DNA of 24,914 bases, from IMG/VR virus record IMGVR_UViG_3300038427_000102, positions 1-24,914 of that record; one strand, 5' to 3'. The notes under the pieces were generated by a model. It was not told where the DNA came from, did not search any database, and was given only the letters and a program-made list of their open reading frames with translations. Shown piece by piece: positions 24,558 to 24,914 of the stretch. Made by a program: the position numbers and the translations under genes. The stretch's first letter is position 1. The number at the start of each line of letters is the position of its first letter. Origin of the DNA: a virus (Duplodnaviria; Caudoviricetes).

Positions 24558-24914
24558 GATGCACTATGAGGCTGGTGTTGGACACATCGGTGGCAACCTG
24601 TCCGCTCTGGATGCTATACTTGTTCTGCATCACACAGTGATGCGTCCTGAGGATGTGTTCATTCTGTCCAAAGGGCACGCAGCCGGTGCGCTCTACACAA
24701 CGTTGTGGGCTGCTGGCAAGATTACCGAAAAAGAACTGCGTACGTTCCACAAGGACGGGACGTATCTGGCAGGACACCCAGTGATGGGTTGGTCTGACGA
24801 TATACCCTTCGCCACCGGAAGTCTGGGACATGGGTTGTCAGTTGCGGCGGGGATGGCCCTCGGCTATAAGCTGCAGGGCTTGGATCGTCACGTATACTGC
24901 CTCACCTCAGATGG
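24517..24914 (+). CDS. transketolase N-terminal (TPP-binding) subunit, partial (runs off window)
   Basis: Not in track. AGGAG RBS, ATG 24517; GHIGGNLS, FILSKGH, LAGHP, ATGSLGHGLSVAAGMALG, VYCLTSDG. Confidence 0.92.
   Translation, partial: MEELARMARKRLLKMHYEAGVGHIGGNLSALDAILVLHHTVMRPEDVFILSKGHAAGALYTTLWAAGKITEKELRTFHKDGTYLAGHPVMGWSDDIPFATGSLGHGLSVAAGMALGYKLQGLDRHVYCLTSD

Noticed and set aside
233-24831. Minus-strand ORFs in the track (e.g. 2619..3170, 11615..12352, 24367..24831)
   Set aside because: All are antisense shadows of well-supported + strand genes, with no recognisable motifs.

Overview
This window is the virion-morphogenesis region of a tailed dsDNA phage (or prophage), with all credible genes on the + strand. 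Gene order: small His-rich proteins, probable portal, histidine phosphatase, scaffold-like protein, major capsid protein (MCP), GroES-like co-chaperonin, head/neck-like genes, a beta-helix tailspike/fibre, a holin-like protein, three glycosyltransferase-like genes and the start of a transketolase N-terminal subunit. About 11 homing-type endonuclease genes are interspersed (HNH, endonuclease VII-like, GIY-YIG, LAGLIDADG). Four signals are invisible in the ORF track. (1) The MCP gene (8736-12811) reassembles by hand into a 443-aa protein from 8 exons split by six complete group I introns plus a 41-nt intervening sequence. (2) That 41-nt element (8977-9017) has a perfect P1 with the U.G splice-site wobble, a perfect P10 and a terminal G, but no catalytic core. 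It is a candidate non-autonomous mini-intron that must borrow a neighbouring ribozyme. (3) A conserved, covarying hairpin/pseudoknot RNA motif overlaps the ribosome-binding site of five free-standing endonuclease genes from three nuclease families. (4) The heptamer GACTCAG is over-represented on the + strand and often sits between the RBS and the start codon. There is also an orphan IS200/IS605-type right end. Protein calls rest on motif recognition and gene context only; no database search was possible.
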